From: Escherichia phage phT4A
Reading direction: 5' to 3' (one strand)
DNA: 64,000 nt
Sequence record: NC_055712.1
Under the pieces are notes generated by a model. That model saw only the letters and a program-made list of their open reading frames with translations. It had not been told where the DNA came from and ran no database searches. Position 1 is the first letter of the stretch. The number at the start of each line of letters is the position of its first letter. Shown piece after piece: positions 33,089-41,595 of the stretch. The position numbers and the translations under genes are program-made.

Positions 33089-33724
33089 ATGAAACATATT
33101 ATCTACAAAATAACAAATTTGGTTAATAATAAAATTTATGTTGGTGCTCATTCAACAGAAGACATCAACGATTCATACATGGGTTCAGGGGTGGCTATAA
33201 AGGCGGCTCAGAGGAAGTATGGTATCGATAAATTTATAAAAGAAATATTACATATTTTTGATACCCGTGAAGAAATGTATGAAAAAGAAAGAGAGATTGT
33301 TAATCTAGAATTTGTTAATAATCCACATACATATAATATGGGTATCGGTGGTGATGGTGGCCCTATGTTGGGTATGTTTCATTCAGAAGAGAAGAAACAA
33401 GAAATTTCCAAGATTACTAAAGAGAGAATGACAGATGAAGTAAAATCTCGTCTCTCTAAACTTAAAAAGGGTAAACCACAGTCCAAAGAATCCAACAGGA
33501 AGCGCTCAGAGACGTTAAAAGCTAAATATATGAATGGACGTATAGACAGAGAGTATAAACCTCTCACAGAAGCGCACAAGGCGAAATTAGGCCGTTCTGT
33601 ATCGATAGATGGAGTTGTATACTCATCCGGATCGGAGGCGGCAAAATCCCTTAGTATGTCCCACTCTGGTTTAAAATATCGGATTAATAGCGACAAATAC
33701 CCTACCTGGAAATTTGTTGCATAA
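33089..33724 (+). CDS. GIY-YIG homing endonuclease (SegD-like), free-standing between gp23 and gp24
   Basis: 211 aa; canonical IYKITNLVNNKIYVGAHS GIY-YIG motif, NUMOD3-like repeats, C-terminal DNA-binding segment; AT-rich; T4 has segD at the same position. Confidence 0.8.
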   Translation: MKHIIYKITNLVNNKIYVGAHSTEDINDSYMGSGVAIKAAQRKYGIDKFIKEILHIFDTREEMYEKEREIVNLEFVNNPHTYNMGIGGDGGPMLGMFHSEEKKQEISKITKERMTDEVKSRLSKLKKGKPQSKESNRKRSETLKAKYMNGRIDREYKPLTEAHKAKLGRSVSIDGVVYSSGSEAAKSLSMSHSGLKYRINSDKYPTWKFVA

Positions 33725-33727
33725 ATA
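33720..33727 (+). promoter_or_regulatory. possible late promoter variant CATAAATA
   Basis: 7/8 match, 30 nt upstream of gp24 ATG. Confidence 0.25.
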
Positions 33728-33756
33728 CCATTATACACTTTACGCAGGAACATAAA

Positions 33757-35046
33757 ATGAGTGAAAAATTTTACACAATTAACAAGCTGGTGCGTCAGTC
33801 ACAGCTACCGCCTGGCCTGTCTAAAAAGGTTCTTGATGAGGCAACCGGAACAGAAACAATTAACGTAGCTAATACCCGTCCGGATCTGGTATCTCTTACC
33901 CGTGCGGTAAACAACCTGATCTACGGTGAACTTGTAGCAATTCAGGAAACTAATTTGCCTACCGCAACTCTGTTCGGTGTGCGTTATCGTAACCCTAAAG
34001 GCGATATGACGTTTTCCAGCGCTGCTACCTATTCCGGTAAGTATGCAAGCCGTGATAACATTCCAGTTGGTGCGGTTGGTACTGCCTATACCAAAGGCCA
34101 AGTTTTTAAACATCCGACAAGCGATGTCGTATACGAAGCAACTGATAGCGTAACTCTCGCAGGTGCTGATATTGATGAAGCAATTATGGTCGCAGTATTC
34201 AGCAATAAATTACGCCTGGCAAGCGAAGCCGCGCCAACAAGTCAGTATGAAACCAGCGAAGATATTAGCACAACTTCTTTCGAAATGGATCGTTGGAATA
34301 TCAACGTTCGTTCCCGTAAATTCAAAACTGAAATGACCGTGGAACTTATGCAGGATCTGGAAGCAAACCAATTCAACGCAGAAAATGTGATTGAAGATGT
34401 TCTGGGTACTGTTGCCAGCGAAGAAGTAAACAAAGATATCATCCAGACTCTGATCAACGTATCACATCGTTACAACGTTGATGGTGTGGTAACAAATGGC
34501 ATTTTCGATGCTACAACCGCATACACTGCAAAGGATGCTCCGGCTTTAGGTCGTTTCCTGTATCAATTAGTGTGTGAAATGGGGCAGGAAATGAATAGAA
34601 CGACTTCATTTGAAGCTACCTATGTCCTGGCCTCTTCTCGCGTTGTAAGCGTTCTGTCTGCGTCTGGTTGGATGCATGAAACTGATGAAACCCACCCGTT
34701 AGCAACAGGTCGACTTAAAAACGGTTATTATGTCTATACTGACACCAATACACCGTTTGATTACCTGTTGACTGGTTGCAAGTACGATCTGGGTGAAATG
34801 GATCATGTTGGCTCTCTGTTCTATACGCCATACACAGAAGCTGATCAGGCAGGTTCTATCAAGATTTCTGTTGATCCTCAATCCTTACAGCCTAAAGTTG
34901 CTATTCTGATGCGCTACGGTTTATCGGTTAACCCGTATACCACTGCTGCTAATGAAAGACTTGTGAAAGGTGATGACTGGGTAAACCTCTCAGGCAAATC
35001 TAAAATGAGTCAGATTGTTGGTATCAAACTTCCTAAACTGGGTTGA
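33757..35046 (+). CDS. gp24: gp24 capsid vertex protein
   Basis: 429 aa (T4 427 aa); gp23-like fold; synteny. Confidence 0.9.
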   Translation: MSEKFYTINKLVRQSQLPPGLSKKVLDEATGTETINVANTRPDLVSLTRAVNNLIYGELVAIQETNLPTATLFGVRYRNPKGDMTFSSAATYSGKYASRDNIPVGAVGTAYTKGQVFKHPTSDVVYEATDSVTLAGADIDEAIMVAVFSNKLRLASEAAPTSQYETSEDISTTSFEMDRWNINVRSRKFKTEMTVELMQDLEANQFNAENVIEDVLGTVASEEVNKDIIQTLINVSHRYNVDGVVTNGIFDATTAYTAKDAPALGRFLYQLVCEMGQEMNRTTSFEATYVLASSRVVSVLSASGWMHETDETHPLATGRLKNGYYVYTDTNTPFDYLLTGCKYDLGEMDHVGSLFYTPYTEADQAGSIKISVDPQSLQPKVAILMRYGLSVNPYTTAANERLVKGDDWVNLSGKSKMSQIVGIKLPKLG

Positions 35047-35080
35047 TAGTATAACCCAACGGGGATAATATTCAATAGGT

Positions 35081-35106
35081 GGAGTAGGGAAACTTACTCC
35101 ATCTTT
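35081..35106 (+). terminator. hairpin terminator after gp24
   Basis: GGAGTAgggaaactTACTCC followed by ATCTTTT. Confidence 0.45.
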
Positions 35107-35139
35107 TAATAATTATTATAATTAATATTAAATTAGATC

Positions 35140-35168
35140 TTGAATTTATAAATGATTTATGATAAAAT
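35140..35168 (+). promoter_or_regulatory. sigma70-type promoter TTGAAT-17-TAAAAT
   Basis: Same GATC-TTGAAT module as 575-603. Confidence 0.45.
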
Positions 35169-35224
35169 TTATTAATTATAATAATTATAGATCAAACAAT
35201 TTTTGAAATCAAGTAAAAATAAAT

Positions 35225-35253
35225 TTGATTTTATAAATTAGATCATGTATAAT
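35225..35253 (+). promoter_or_regulatory. sigma70-type promoter TTGATT-17-TATAAT
   Basis: TTGATT 35225-35230, 17-nt spacer containing GATC, TATAAT 35248-35253. Confidence 0.45.
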
Positions 35254-35292
35254 TATTCTTTTAATAATATATTATATTAGATCAATTTAAAT

Positions 35293-35320
35293 TTGACTAC
35301 TAATTAATATAGTATATTAT
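35293..35320 (+). promoter_or_regulatory. sigma70-type promoter TTGACT-16-TATTAT
   Basis: About 30 nt upstream of uvsY ATG. Confidence 0.4.
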
Positions 35321-35350
35321 AGATCAACTGGGTAAATTGGTGAGTATGTT

Positions 35351-35770
35351 ATGAGTTTGAAATTAGAAGATCTACAAAATGAACTTGAAAAGGATATGCT
35401 GATAGATCCCCTCAAGTTGCAATCAGAATCAGCGGATATCCCGAAGATTTGGGCTAAATGGCTTCGATACCATTCAAACGCTAAGAAAAAATTGATCCAA
35501 CTTCATGCGAAAAAAGAAGCTGATGTGAAGGATCGTATGTTGTACTACACCGGAAGGCATGACAAAGAAATGTGCGAAGTGGTGTATACTGGGACTACTG
35601 AAATTAAAATCGCGATCGCTGGGGATCCGAAAATTGTAGAAACCAACAAGCTGATCCAGTATTATGACATGGTGGTAGATTTCACCAGCAAAGCACTGGA
35701 TATCGTCAAAAACAAAGGATACTCTATCAAAAACATGTTAGAGATCCGTAAATTAGAAAGTGGTGCATAA
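35351..35770 (+). CDS. uvsY: UvsY recombination mediator protein
   Basis: 139 aa; LEDLQNELEKDMLIDPLKLQ...YYTGRHD pattern as T4 UvsY (137 aa). Confidence 0.85.
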   Translation: MSLKLEDLQNELEKDMLIDPLKLQSESADIPKIWAKWLRYHSNAKKKLIQLHAKKEADVKDRMLYYTGRHDKEMCEVVYTGTTEIKIAIAGDPKIVETNKLIQYYDMVVDFTSKALDIVKNKGYSIKNMLEIRKLESGA

Positions 35771-35946
35771 TGTCTACTGAAAATGAAAAATGTGTAGTGT
35801 GCAAGTGTCCGGTTCCTTCTACTGGTTTTGTGACTGAATCTGGGCGCGTGTGTAGTACTATCTGTGCTGACTACATCGCAGAAAAAACAAAAAACGGCGA
35901 GATCAACGAATCCGATGATCTGAATGAAGTTCAAATGTTGCTGTAG
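35770..35946 (+). CDS. small Cys-rich protein (putative zinc-binding), translationally coupled to uvsY
   Basis: 58 aa, ATG overlaps uvsY stop (TAATG); CVVCKC...CSTIC; below the 60-aa ORF-track cutoff. Confidence 0.45.
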   Translation: MSTENEKCVVCKCPVPSTGFVTESGRVCSTICADYIAEKTKNGEINESDDLNEVQMLL

Positions 35947-36188
35947 GAGGATCTTATGATTGGATACGGTGAAGGAATTACAGATCGTGATGAACATCCT
36001 GATTTTTAGTGCATAAATACTAGCGTACCCGAAAGGGGCTTGATAAAAGAATGCTGGATGATAGGCGTACTCTTTTGCGCCGTCCGATGGAGTTTACCTT
36101 CGGCGGGGTGATTGATAATATACCTTCGATCAAGGGCATGTGAATAGAATAGCCAGAATAGTACAGCACTGGCGTTAAGCAAATGTAC

Positions 36189-36222
36189 AAAAGCCCCTTC
36201 CTTTCGGTTGGGGCTTCTTTTT
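36189..36222. terminator. bidirectional rho-independent terminator (same sequence as 1543-1573)
   Basis: AGCCCC-ttcctttcggtt-GGGGCT plus T-run; between plus-strand uvsY unit and minus-strand uvsW.1. Confidence 0.6.
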
Positions 36223-36454
36223 AGAACTTTTCTTCTTCTCCGCTTTCGAGTTCGGCCTTTAATTCTTCGGCTCGACCTTTCAGCGCATCGCGCATAGAAA
36301 TATCGTCTGACGGCGCAACATCAACTTCTTTTACACGATTTTTGTAATATTTTTCAAGCTCTTTAAGGCCGTCCATAGTACGGCAAGAGGCGACCTTGCT
36401 CATGAAATCATCAATAGCCGCCTCATAAAGTCGAAAATCGTTGAAACTCTTCAT
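36221..36454 (-). CDS. UvsW.1-like small protein
   Basis: 77 aa, acidic; immediately downstream of uvsW on minus strand as in T4. Confidence 0.55.
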   Translation of the reverse strand: MKSFNDFRLYEAAIDDFMSKVASCRTMDGLKELEKYYKNRVKEVDVAPSDDISMRDALKGRAEELKAELESGEEEKF

Positions 36455-36462
36455 TTTGACCT

Positions 36463-37962
36463 CTAAATTTCGATTTGTTTGATCACGTAGTCAAACTTTT
36501 CTTCATTGTAAATGCGTACTCGTTCGATTGCGTGTTTCATACCATAGTTTTTGTATGAATATTTATTTTTAGCATTTTTGGACTTTGCCAGCGTTGCTAA
36601 GTTATCAACCAAATCCCAAACAGTAGCAAGAGATTTAGAATCATGTTTACGCAGTACGCGCCCAATTGACTGTTTGACTATAACAGCAGATTTGCAAGGA
36701 TGTCCGAAGATGATGTGATGCAGGTTCTTGACAGAAATACCTGTACTCAGTACACCAATAGAACCGATTACGATCAGTCCCTTCGTTGATTCCGCGATCC
36801 GTTTCATTTCGTTTCGCTCATCAATCCCCGTTTCCCCAGAAATGTATACAACGTTGTCATATACCTTTTTGAGTTGCTCATACAGCCATTTACCATGTTT
36901 GATCTGATTGAACATCACAAACACGTTTTCATCTTTTTCCCTTGCCAGTTTCAACGCCAGCTTACAGATCCATGCGTTACGCCTGGTATGCGATGTTATA
37001 TACTTGATTTCGCTTTGGTAATCGGCCCCCTTCATTTTCTTAATCTCATCCTCTTTGTATCTCATGAAGATGGTATTAATTCGAAGGTTGGTAACTTGAC
37101 CTTCCTGCATCAACCGATTTGTATCAACTGGCTTGAAGATTTGACCAAAAGCGCCAATGTATTGCATCATGTTTGCTTTGCCTTCTTTCAGAGAACCAGA
37201 AAGGCCAAACTTGAAAATACACTGATCCATTGTGTTGATGATCTTCTGTATGCTTTGTCCTGTTGATTTGTGGCATTCATCCACCATCAAACACATGAAC
37301 TGTTGAAACCACTCAGGAGGCATTTTAACAGCCGATTGCCACGTAGACACGTAGATCAATGCATTACTGTTTTTAGCAGTTCCTGAACGTATTCCAAGCA
37401 TTGCCTCGCGAGGTAAAAGGCGATAGTTGACAATATCACCGATCATCTGATCAACAAGGGCGGTTGTTGGGACAATGATTAGTACTTTGCCTGTGTAATT
37501 TTCCAGACACCAACGAGATATCAACCCCTGGATAAGAGATTTACCCGCTGACGTTGGGAGGTTAAGCACAGCACGGCGGTTTTTAATCGCATGGAACACC
37601 GATTGTTTTTGATACCAATACGGATCAATCTGCTTGTTTCCGTCGTATACTGGGTGTTCTTCTAACCACTTGTCAAAATCTGGCTGGGTAATTTCTTCTG
37701 TTTCGTGGATCTTAGGATCCATCCAGATAGAATACCCGCGAGACTCCGCGAATTTTGTTACAAGATAGGCTAAACCGTAGGGCAGTTTCCCGTTATAGTC
37801 CATCAAGTATATGTAGCCGTTCCATCCACCATATTTGTATTTTGCCTGGTACTGATAACCTGGCGGCTGGAAGCTGAAATAGTCGCGCAATTCATAGACT
37901 ATGTTAGCCTCTGCCTGAATCTGCACATGACTAGTGTTAAGGAATTTGACTTCGATATCCAC
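36463..37962 (-). CDS. uvsW: UvsW RNA-DNA and DNA-DNA helicase
   Basis: 499 aa; helicase motifs (LPTSAGKS, DECH, LSGSL) and extensive similarity to T4 UvsW; GTG start. Confidence 0.92.
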   Translation of the reverse strand: MDIEVKFLNTSHVQIQAEANIVYELRDYFSFQPPGYQYQAKYKYGGWNGYIYLMDYNGKLPYGLAYLVTKFAESRGYSIWMDPKIHETEEITQPDFDKWLEEHPVYDGNKQIDPYWYQKQSVFHAIKNRRAVLNLPTSAGKSLIQGLISRWCLENYTGKVLIIVPTTALVDQMIGDIVNYRLLPREAMLGIRSGTAKNSNALIYVSTWQSAVKMPPEWFQQFMCLMVDECHKSTGQSIQKIINTMDQCIFKFGLSGSLKEGKANMMQYIGAFGQIFKPVDTNRLMQEGQVTNLRINTIFMRYKEDEIKKMKGADYQSEIKYITSHTRRNAWICKLALKLAREKDENVFVMFNQIKHGKWLYEQLKKVYDNVVYISGETGIDERNEMKRIAESTKGLIVIGSIGVLSTGISVKNLHHIIFGHPCKSAVIVKQSIGRVLRKHDSKSLATVWDLVDNLATLAKSKNAKNKYSYKNYGMKHAIERVRIYNEEKFDYVIKQIEI

Positions 37963-38032
37963 TATGTGTATCCTATATACGGTTTATATGAATATTTATA
38001 GGCTAAATAATGATAAACATTGGAGAACTACA

Positions 38033-38656
38033 ATGAGTATTGATTACGAAAAGGTTGAAGGTTTCAAAGCCTTAGAACAAAAAGAAGCCAAATTACAGCT
38101 TGCTACCTACGCGCAAGAAACGTTTGATGTCAAACTGAACCGTCAGAAGTCATTCGAAAATATGCTTGCTGATCTGGAAGCTGCCGTACCGGAAGAAAAA
38201 CCGGAACTGTTGATCGACTCCCCTGATCCTGAAATTGTTACATACGAAGGTGAACCATCTGTTCCTGATGTTGTTATTGATGTGACTAACGATTTCATGG
38301 ATTACGTTAAAGAGGTTGCTCCGGAAATCGCAGACCAGATTGAAATTGTTCCCGACGCTCTACAAGCTCCTGTAAGCGATTCTGAGACGGTTTCTGATGA
38401 ACTGGCATGGATGGAAGGGTTTACCCCGTCTATCATCATGATGGGCCGCTCTGTTTCGAATACTGGCTTTTATACGTGTCCGTATTGGATCTATGATTGG
38501 ATGAAACAAAATCCGGATTGGTACAAGCATCCTGATGGTTGCCCTCATTATTCAGCGCGTCAAACCCTCAAGTCGCTGGCATGGTACATGCACCGTGATG
38601 GGATGGTTACTGTACGCGAAACCAGAAATAGCCAGTTCGACACGTTCAAAAAATAA
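38033..38656 (+). CDS. hypothetical protein (acidic N-terminal half, Cys/Trp-rich C-terminal domain)
   Basis: ATG 38033 with GGAG RBS; ~207 aa; no family recognised. Confidence 0.5.
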   Translation: MSIDYEKVEGFKALEQKEAKLQLATYAQETFDVKLNRQKSFENMLADLEAAVPEEKPELLIDSPDPEIVTYEGEPSVPDVVIDVTNDFMDYVKEVAPEIADQIEIVPDALQAPVSDSETVSDELAWMEGFTPSIIMMGRSVSNTGFYTCPYWIYDWMKQNPDWYKHPDGCPHYSARQTLKSLAWYMHRDGMVTVRETRNSQFDTFKK

Positions 38657-38669
38657 TTTTAAAAAGTAG

Positions 38670-38698
38670 TTGACCTTACCCTGCTGTTCGAGTATATT
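38670..38698 (+). promoter_or_regulatory. sigma70-type early promoter TTGACC-17-TATATT
   Basis: A-rich upstream; 50 nt upstream of the 38749 gene. Confidence 0.5.
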
Positions 38699-38748
38699 TG
38701 TATTCGAAGGCGGGGGAATGGCTCTCGCAGTGAAGAAGGAAATACAAA

Positions 38749-39060
38749 ATGAACATGATGAAAAATGCTTACTACCCAGTTCTGTTTGTTTGGACTAATG
38801 GTGAAGTTAAGAAAATAGTCAATTCTAAAGCTCCTTATTACACTGTAGGTGAAGCACTTCGCCACGCTGCGGAAGCAAATTATCCTGTTCATGCTGAACC
38901 TGGTTATGCTCGTTGGAACGGTTCTAAATGGGTTGCTGATACCTGGGACAACTACGAAGAAGAAAGAATGGAGTGTGATCCTGATTACGTATCTCGTCAA
39001 ATGGAAGCTCATATGATTGCAGATCGTAGACTGGATAATGAAGCTCGCGGATTTTATTGA
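38749..39060 (+). CDS. hypothetical protein
   Basis: 103 aa ORF with promoter and terminator; no family recognised. Confidence 0.5.
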   Translation: MNMMKNAYYPVLFVWTNGEVKKIVNSKAPYYTVGEALRHAAEANYPVHAEPGYARWNGSKWVADTWDNYEEERMECDPDYVSRQMEAHMIADRRLDNEARGFY

Positions 39061-39065
39061 TTAAC

Positions 39066-39090
39066 AAGGGGCTACGGCCCCTTTTCTTTT
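39066..39090 (+). terminator. rho-independent terminator
   Basis: GGGGCtacgGCCCC followed by TTTTCTTTT. Confidence 0.6.
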
Positions 39091-39099
39091 AGGTGAAAT

Positions 39100-39669
39100 A
39101 TGAACTTAAATCACGAATGTTTAAAAGATTTGAGCGATGGTAACGAGATTGGTAACGTTATTTTTCTTGATATCGATGGCGTTCTAAATAATATGCGGTG
39201 CATGAAATTTGGTGAACATATGGACATCGAATGCGCACGACACTTACGCCGGATAGTGAATCACGCTAATTGTGATATCGTCATTTCCTCTACGTGGAGA
39301 ATCGGCAACAGTACCCATAATCTACGTGAAATATTTTATCCGTGGGGATTGTATCGGATCATTGGTAAAACTTGCACTAACTTCCCTCATAGCACTGGAA
39401 TGCGTGGTGATGAAATCAAGGCATGGATCGATACTTTCGGATGTAAAAACTATCTCATTCTTGATGATGACACCGATATGCTTTCTTCACAAAAAGATCA
39501 TTTTATTAACACTGATGGGTTTGTTGGGTTGACCGAAGAACAATCCACTTATGCGATCCGTAACATTTTCGGGGTTACTACTCCGTTTTGTCCTGAATGC
39601 AATGGGTATGGACGTGTTAACGGCTACGACAAATGCGGAACGTGTAACGGTAAAATACTCCGGCTATAA
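39100..39669 (+). CDS. HAD-superfamily phosphatase-like protein with C-terminal zinc ribbon
   Basis: 189 aa; motif I FLDIDGVLN, later LILDDDTD; C-terminal CPECNGYGRVNGYDKCGTCNGK. Confidence 0.5.
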   Translation: MNLNHECLKDLSDGNEIGNVIFLDIDGVLNNMRCMKFGEHMDIECARHLRRIVNHANCDIVISSTWRIGNSTHNLREIFYPWGLYRIIGKTCTNFPHSTGMRGDEIKAWIDTFGCKNYLILDDDTDMLSSQKDHFINTDGFVGLTEEQSTYAIRNIFGVTTPFCPECNGYGRVNGYDKCGTCNGKILRL

Positions 39670-39672
39670 ATA
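39665..39672 (+). promoter_or_regulatory. T4-type late promoter TATAAATA
   Basis: Exact TATAAATA 26 nt upstream of the 39698 ATG. Confidence 0.45.
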
Positions 39673-39697
39673 CCAATAAACATAAGAGGTTAAATTT

Positions 39698-40231
39698 ATG
39701 GCAATTCCTTCTGTAACAATTAGCGCCAACAAAAACGAACTTTTGATTGGTGAAACTTTGACCTTAGAGGTTAAAAATACTGAACTAGATCCGGGTGATG
39801 TGTTTCTGGCCTACCGTTGGCAAAAAGATGGTGTAGATATTCCAGGCGCAACCGCCGATACTTACACAACTACGGTTGACGGTACAACTGCTGGTGATTA
39901 TACCCTGATCTTAAAACACGGTGCTGATGAAGAATCAGCAACAGAAACCACGTCAGATACAATCACCGTGACCACTTATTCTGATGATCTCGTTTCTAAA
40001 TGGACGGTTCACCCGATTCCGTGGCGTGATACCAGCTTTACCCCGATCGGTTATTGGGTACTTGATGAAATTCTGTATCAGAAAGCACAGGGTAAAGATT
40101 GGAAAACTGATTATGCTGATTACAAGTATAGTGAGGAAGTACAAACGATCCTGAAAGCGTTCATGGAAAACGGTGAATGTGAGATCCAGGATTCACGAAA
40201 CGGCTATATTCATAAAATGAGTGAAATCTAA
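39698..40231 (+). CDS. Ig-like domain protein (possible virion decoration protein)
   Basis: 177 aa; N-terminal Ig-like segment (LAYRWQKDGVDIPGATADTYTT...GDYTLILKHGADEE) resembling the wac C-terminus; C-terminal domain paralogous to the next gene (HPIPWRDTSF); late promoter. Confidence 0.45.
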   Translation: MAIPSVTISANKNELLIGETLTLEVKNTELDPGDVFLAYRWQKDGVDIPGATADTYTTTVDGTTAGDYTLILKHGADEESATETTSDTITVTTYSDDLVSKWTVHPIPWRDTSFTPIGYWVLDEILYQKAQGKDWKTDYADYKYSEEVQTILKAFMENGECEIQDSRNGYIHKMSEI

Positions 40232-40241
40232 GAGGCTTTAA

Positions 40242-40517
40242 ATGGCAACTGAAAAATGGACTACGGTTCATCCTATTCCGTGGAGAAATACCAGTTTTAC
40301 ATATCTTCCATACTGGCTATACGATATTATCGTTGATGCTTTTGAGAAAGGCGACGACTGGCGCGATTATGCGGAAGAAAAATATAAATTAGAGTTTGAT
40401 ACTCTGAAAGAGGCGTTTGAAGATTATGGTGATATTCATGTAATCGAATCTCGTAATGGTAAACTGGTTAGTCTGTTGTCATTGACTCCTGCTCCTGAAC
40501 CAGATCCTGACCAATAA
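40242..40517 (+). CDS. hypothetical protein, paralog of C-terminal domain of the 39698 gene
   Basis: 91 aa; shared HPIPWR(N/D)TSF...DW(R/K)xDYAxxKY...SRNG motif. Confidence 0.45.
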   Translation: MATEKWTTVHPIPWRNTSFTYLPYWLYDIIVDAFEKGDDWRDYAEEKYKLEFDTLKEAFEDYGDIHVIESRNGKLVSLLSLTPAPEPDPDQ

Positions 40518-40530
40518 AATAAGGCAAACA

Positions 40531-41049
40531 ATGAATACACTTCTTTTTGATTTCGACGACACTTTAGCAGAATTTTCTCAGACTTTTTATGATAAGTTCG
40601 GTGTACGTCCGGAAGGAACGCCAAAAGAACGATATGACGAAATGGCGGCTTCTTTGGTGCGTACTGATTTTTATAAAAACCTTCCCCGTATTCAGGCTGG
40701 GATTGACCTCCTTCAATGGAGTTTCCAACGCCGAATCGGTGATCCTGCTACTTTGCTGCTTCGCGCGGAAGCGGTCAGCCCTCTTTGGGTTATGAAAGAA
40801 AAACTGAACTATACAGATAAGATTTGCGCTGAACTGGGGATCCCTCGTCTCGATTTTAGTCGCATTGACTATCCGGAACAGTTCGCAGAACATGCCTATC
40901 GTGGTGTTCTGATTTCCCGCAACCAGAAACATCTTGAAATCTGGAACAATTCTCATCTAGCTAATAAAGTTCCTGGTATTTTCCTTGCGGAAACCCTGGA
41001 AGAAAATATTCAGCTAGTCACGGAAGCGCTTGCAAAGGCTAATCAATAA
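40531..41049 (+). CDS. HAD-superfamily 5'(3')-nucleotidase-like protein
   Basis: 172 aa; motif I LLFDFDDTLAEF; paralog of the convergent 41082 gene (TDFY(K/E)NL(P/E)xI). Confidence 0.5.
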   Translation: MNTLLFDFDDTLAEFSQTFYDKFGVRPEGTPKERYDEMAASLVRTDFYKNLPRIQAGIDLLQWSFQRRIGDPATLLLRAEAVSPLWVMKEKLNYTDKICAELGIPRLDFSRIDYPEQFAEHAYRGVLISRNQKHLEIWNNSHLANKVPGIFLAETLEENIQLVTEALAKANQ

Positions 41050-41050
41050 C

Positions 41051-41083
41051 AAAAAAGGGAACCGCAATGGTTCCCTTTCTTTT
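41051..41083. terminator. bidirectional rho-independent terminator
   Basis: A-run, GGGAACCgcaatGGTTCCC, T-run; between convergent HAD paralogs. Confidence 0.6.
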
Positions 41084-41546
41084 ACAATCTTTTTAATTCA
41101 TCAAGCGCTGTTTTCTTATCACCAACAAAGAGGATTGCTTTACCTCCTGCTTTTCTGAAAGGCAACACCGCTTTTGCCCGATCGTCAAACAGAATTCCTT
41201 TACCAGCGAATGCTGCTTTTTCATGGCTACTTTTAACGTAGTGGAATTCTGGAACGTAACCCAATACTTTTTGTAATGCTTTACGTTTTTGTTCGGCAAC
41301 ACCGTCAGAATTGAATTTACCGACACTGGTTAGTATTGCTACATCACCAAGTGTTCTTAAATGATGGAATAATTCAAATCCTTCTTTGATTGGTTCCAGA
41401 TTTTCGTAGAAATCAGTTTTGGCAATTTTTGCTTTGCACTTTTTCAACTCATCTTCTGTCATCATAGAGGGTTCGCCATACATTGGCACAAATGAACCTT
41501 CCCAGTCGAACAATACACCATCCATATCAAAGAAAAACTTATTCAT
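41082..41546 (-). CDS. HAD-superfamily 5'(3')-nucleotidase-like protein
   Basis: 154 aa; motif I FFFDMDGVLFDW. Confidence 0.5.
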   Translation of the reverse strand: MNKFFFDMDGVLFDWEGSFVPMYGEPSMMTEDELKKCKAKIAKTDFYENLEPIKEGFELFHHLRTLGDVAILTSVGKFNSDGVAEQKRKALQKVLGYVPEFHYVKSSHEKAAFAGKGILFDDRAKAVLPFRKAGGKAILFVGDKKTALDELKRL

Positions 41547-41595
41547 ATCAATTCCTCAGTTTGTGTATGCATACTATAATGTTTAATCATTAATG

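Noticed and set aside
35947-36190. tRNA gene in the uvsY-uvsW intergenic region
   Set aside because: No cloverleaf with a T-loop (GTTCRANYC) and acceptor stem could be found by eye.
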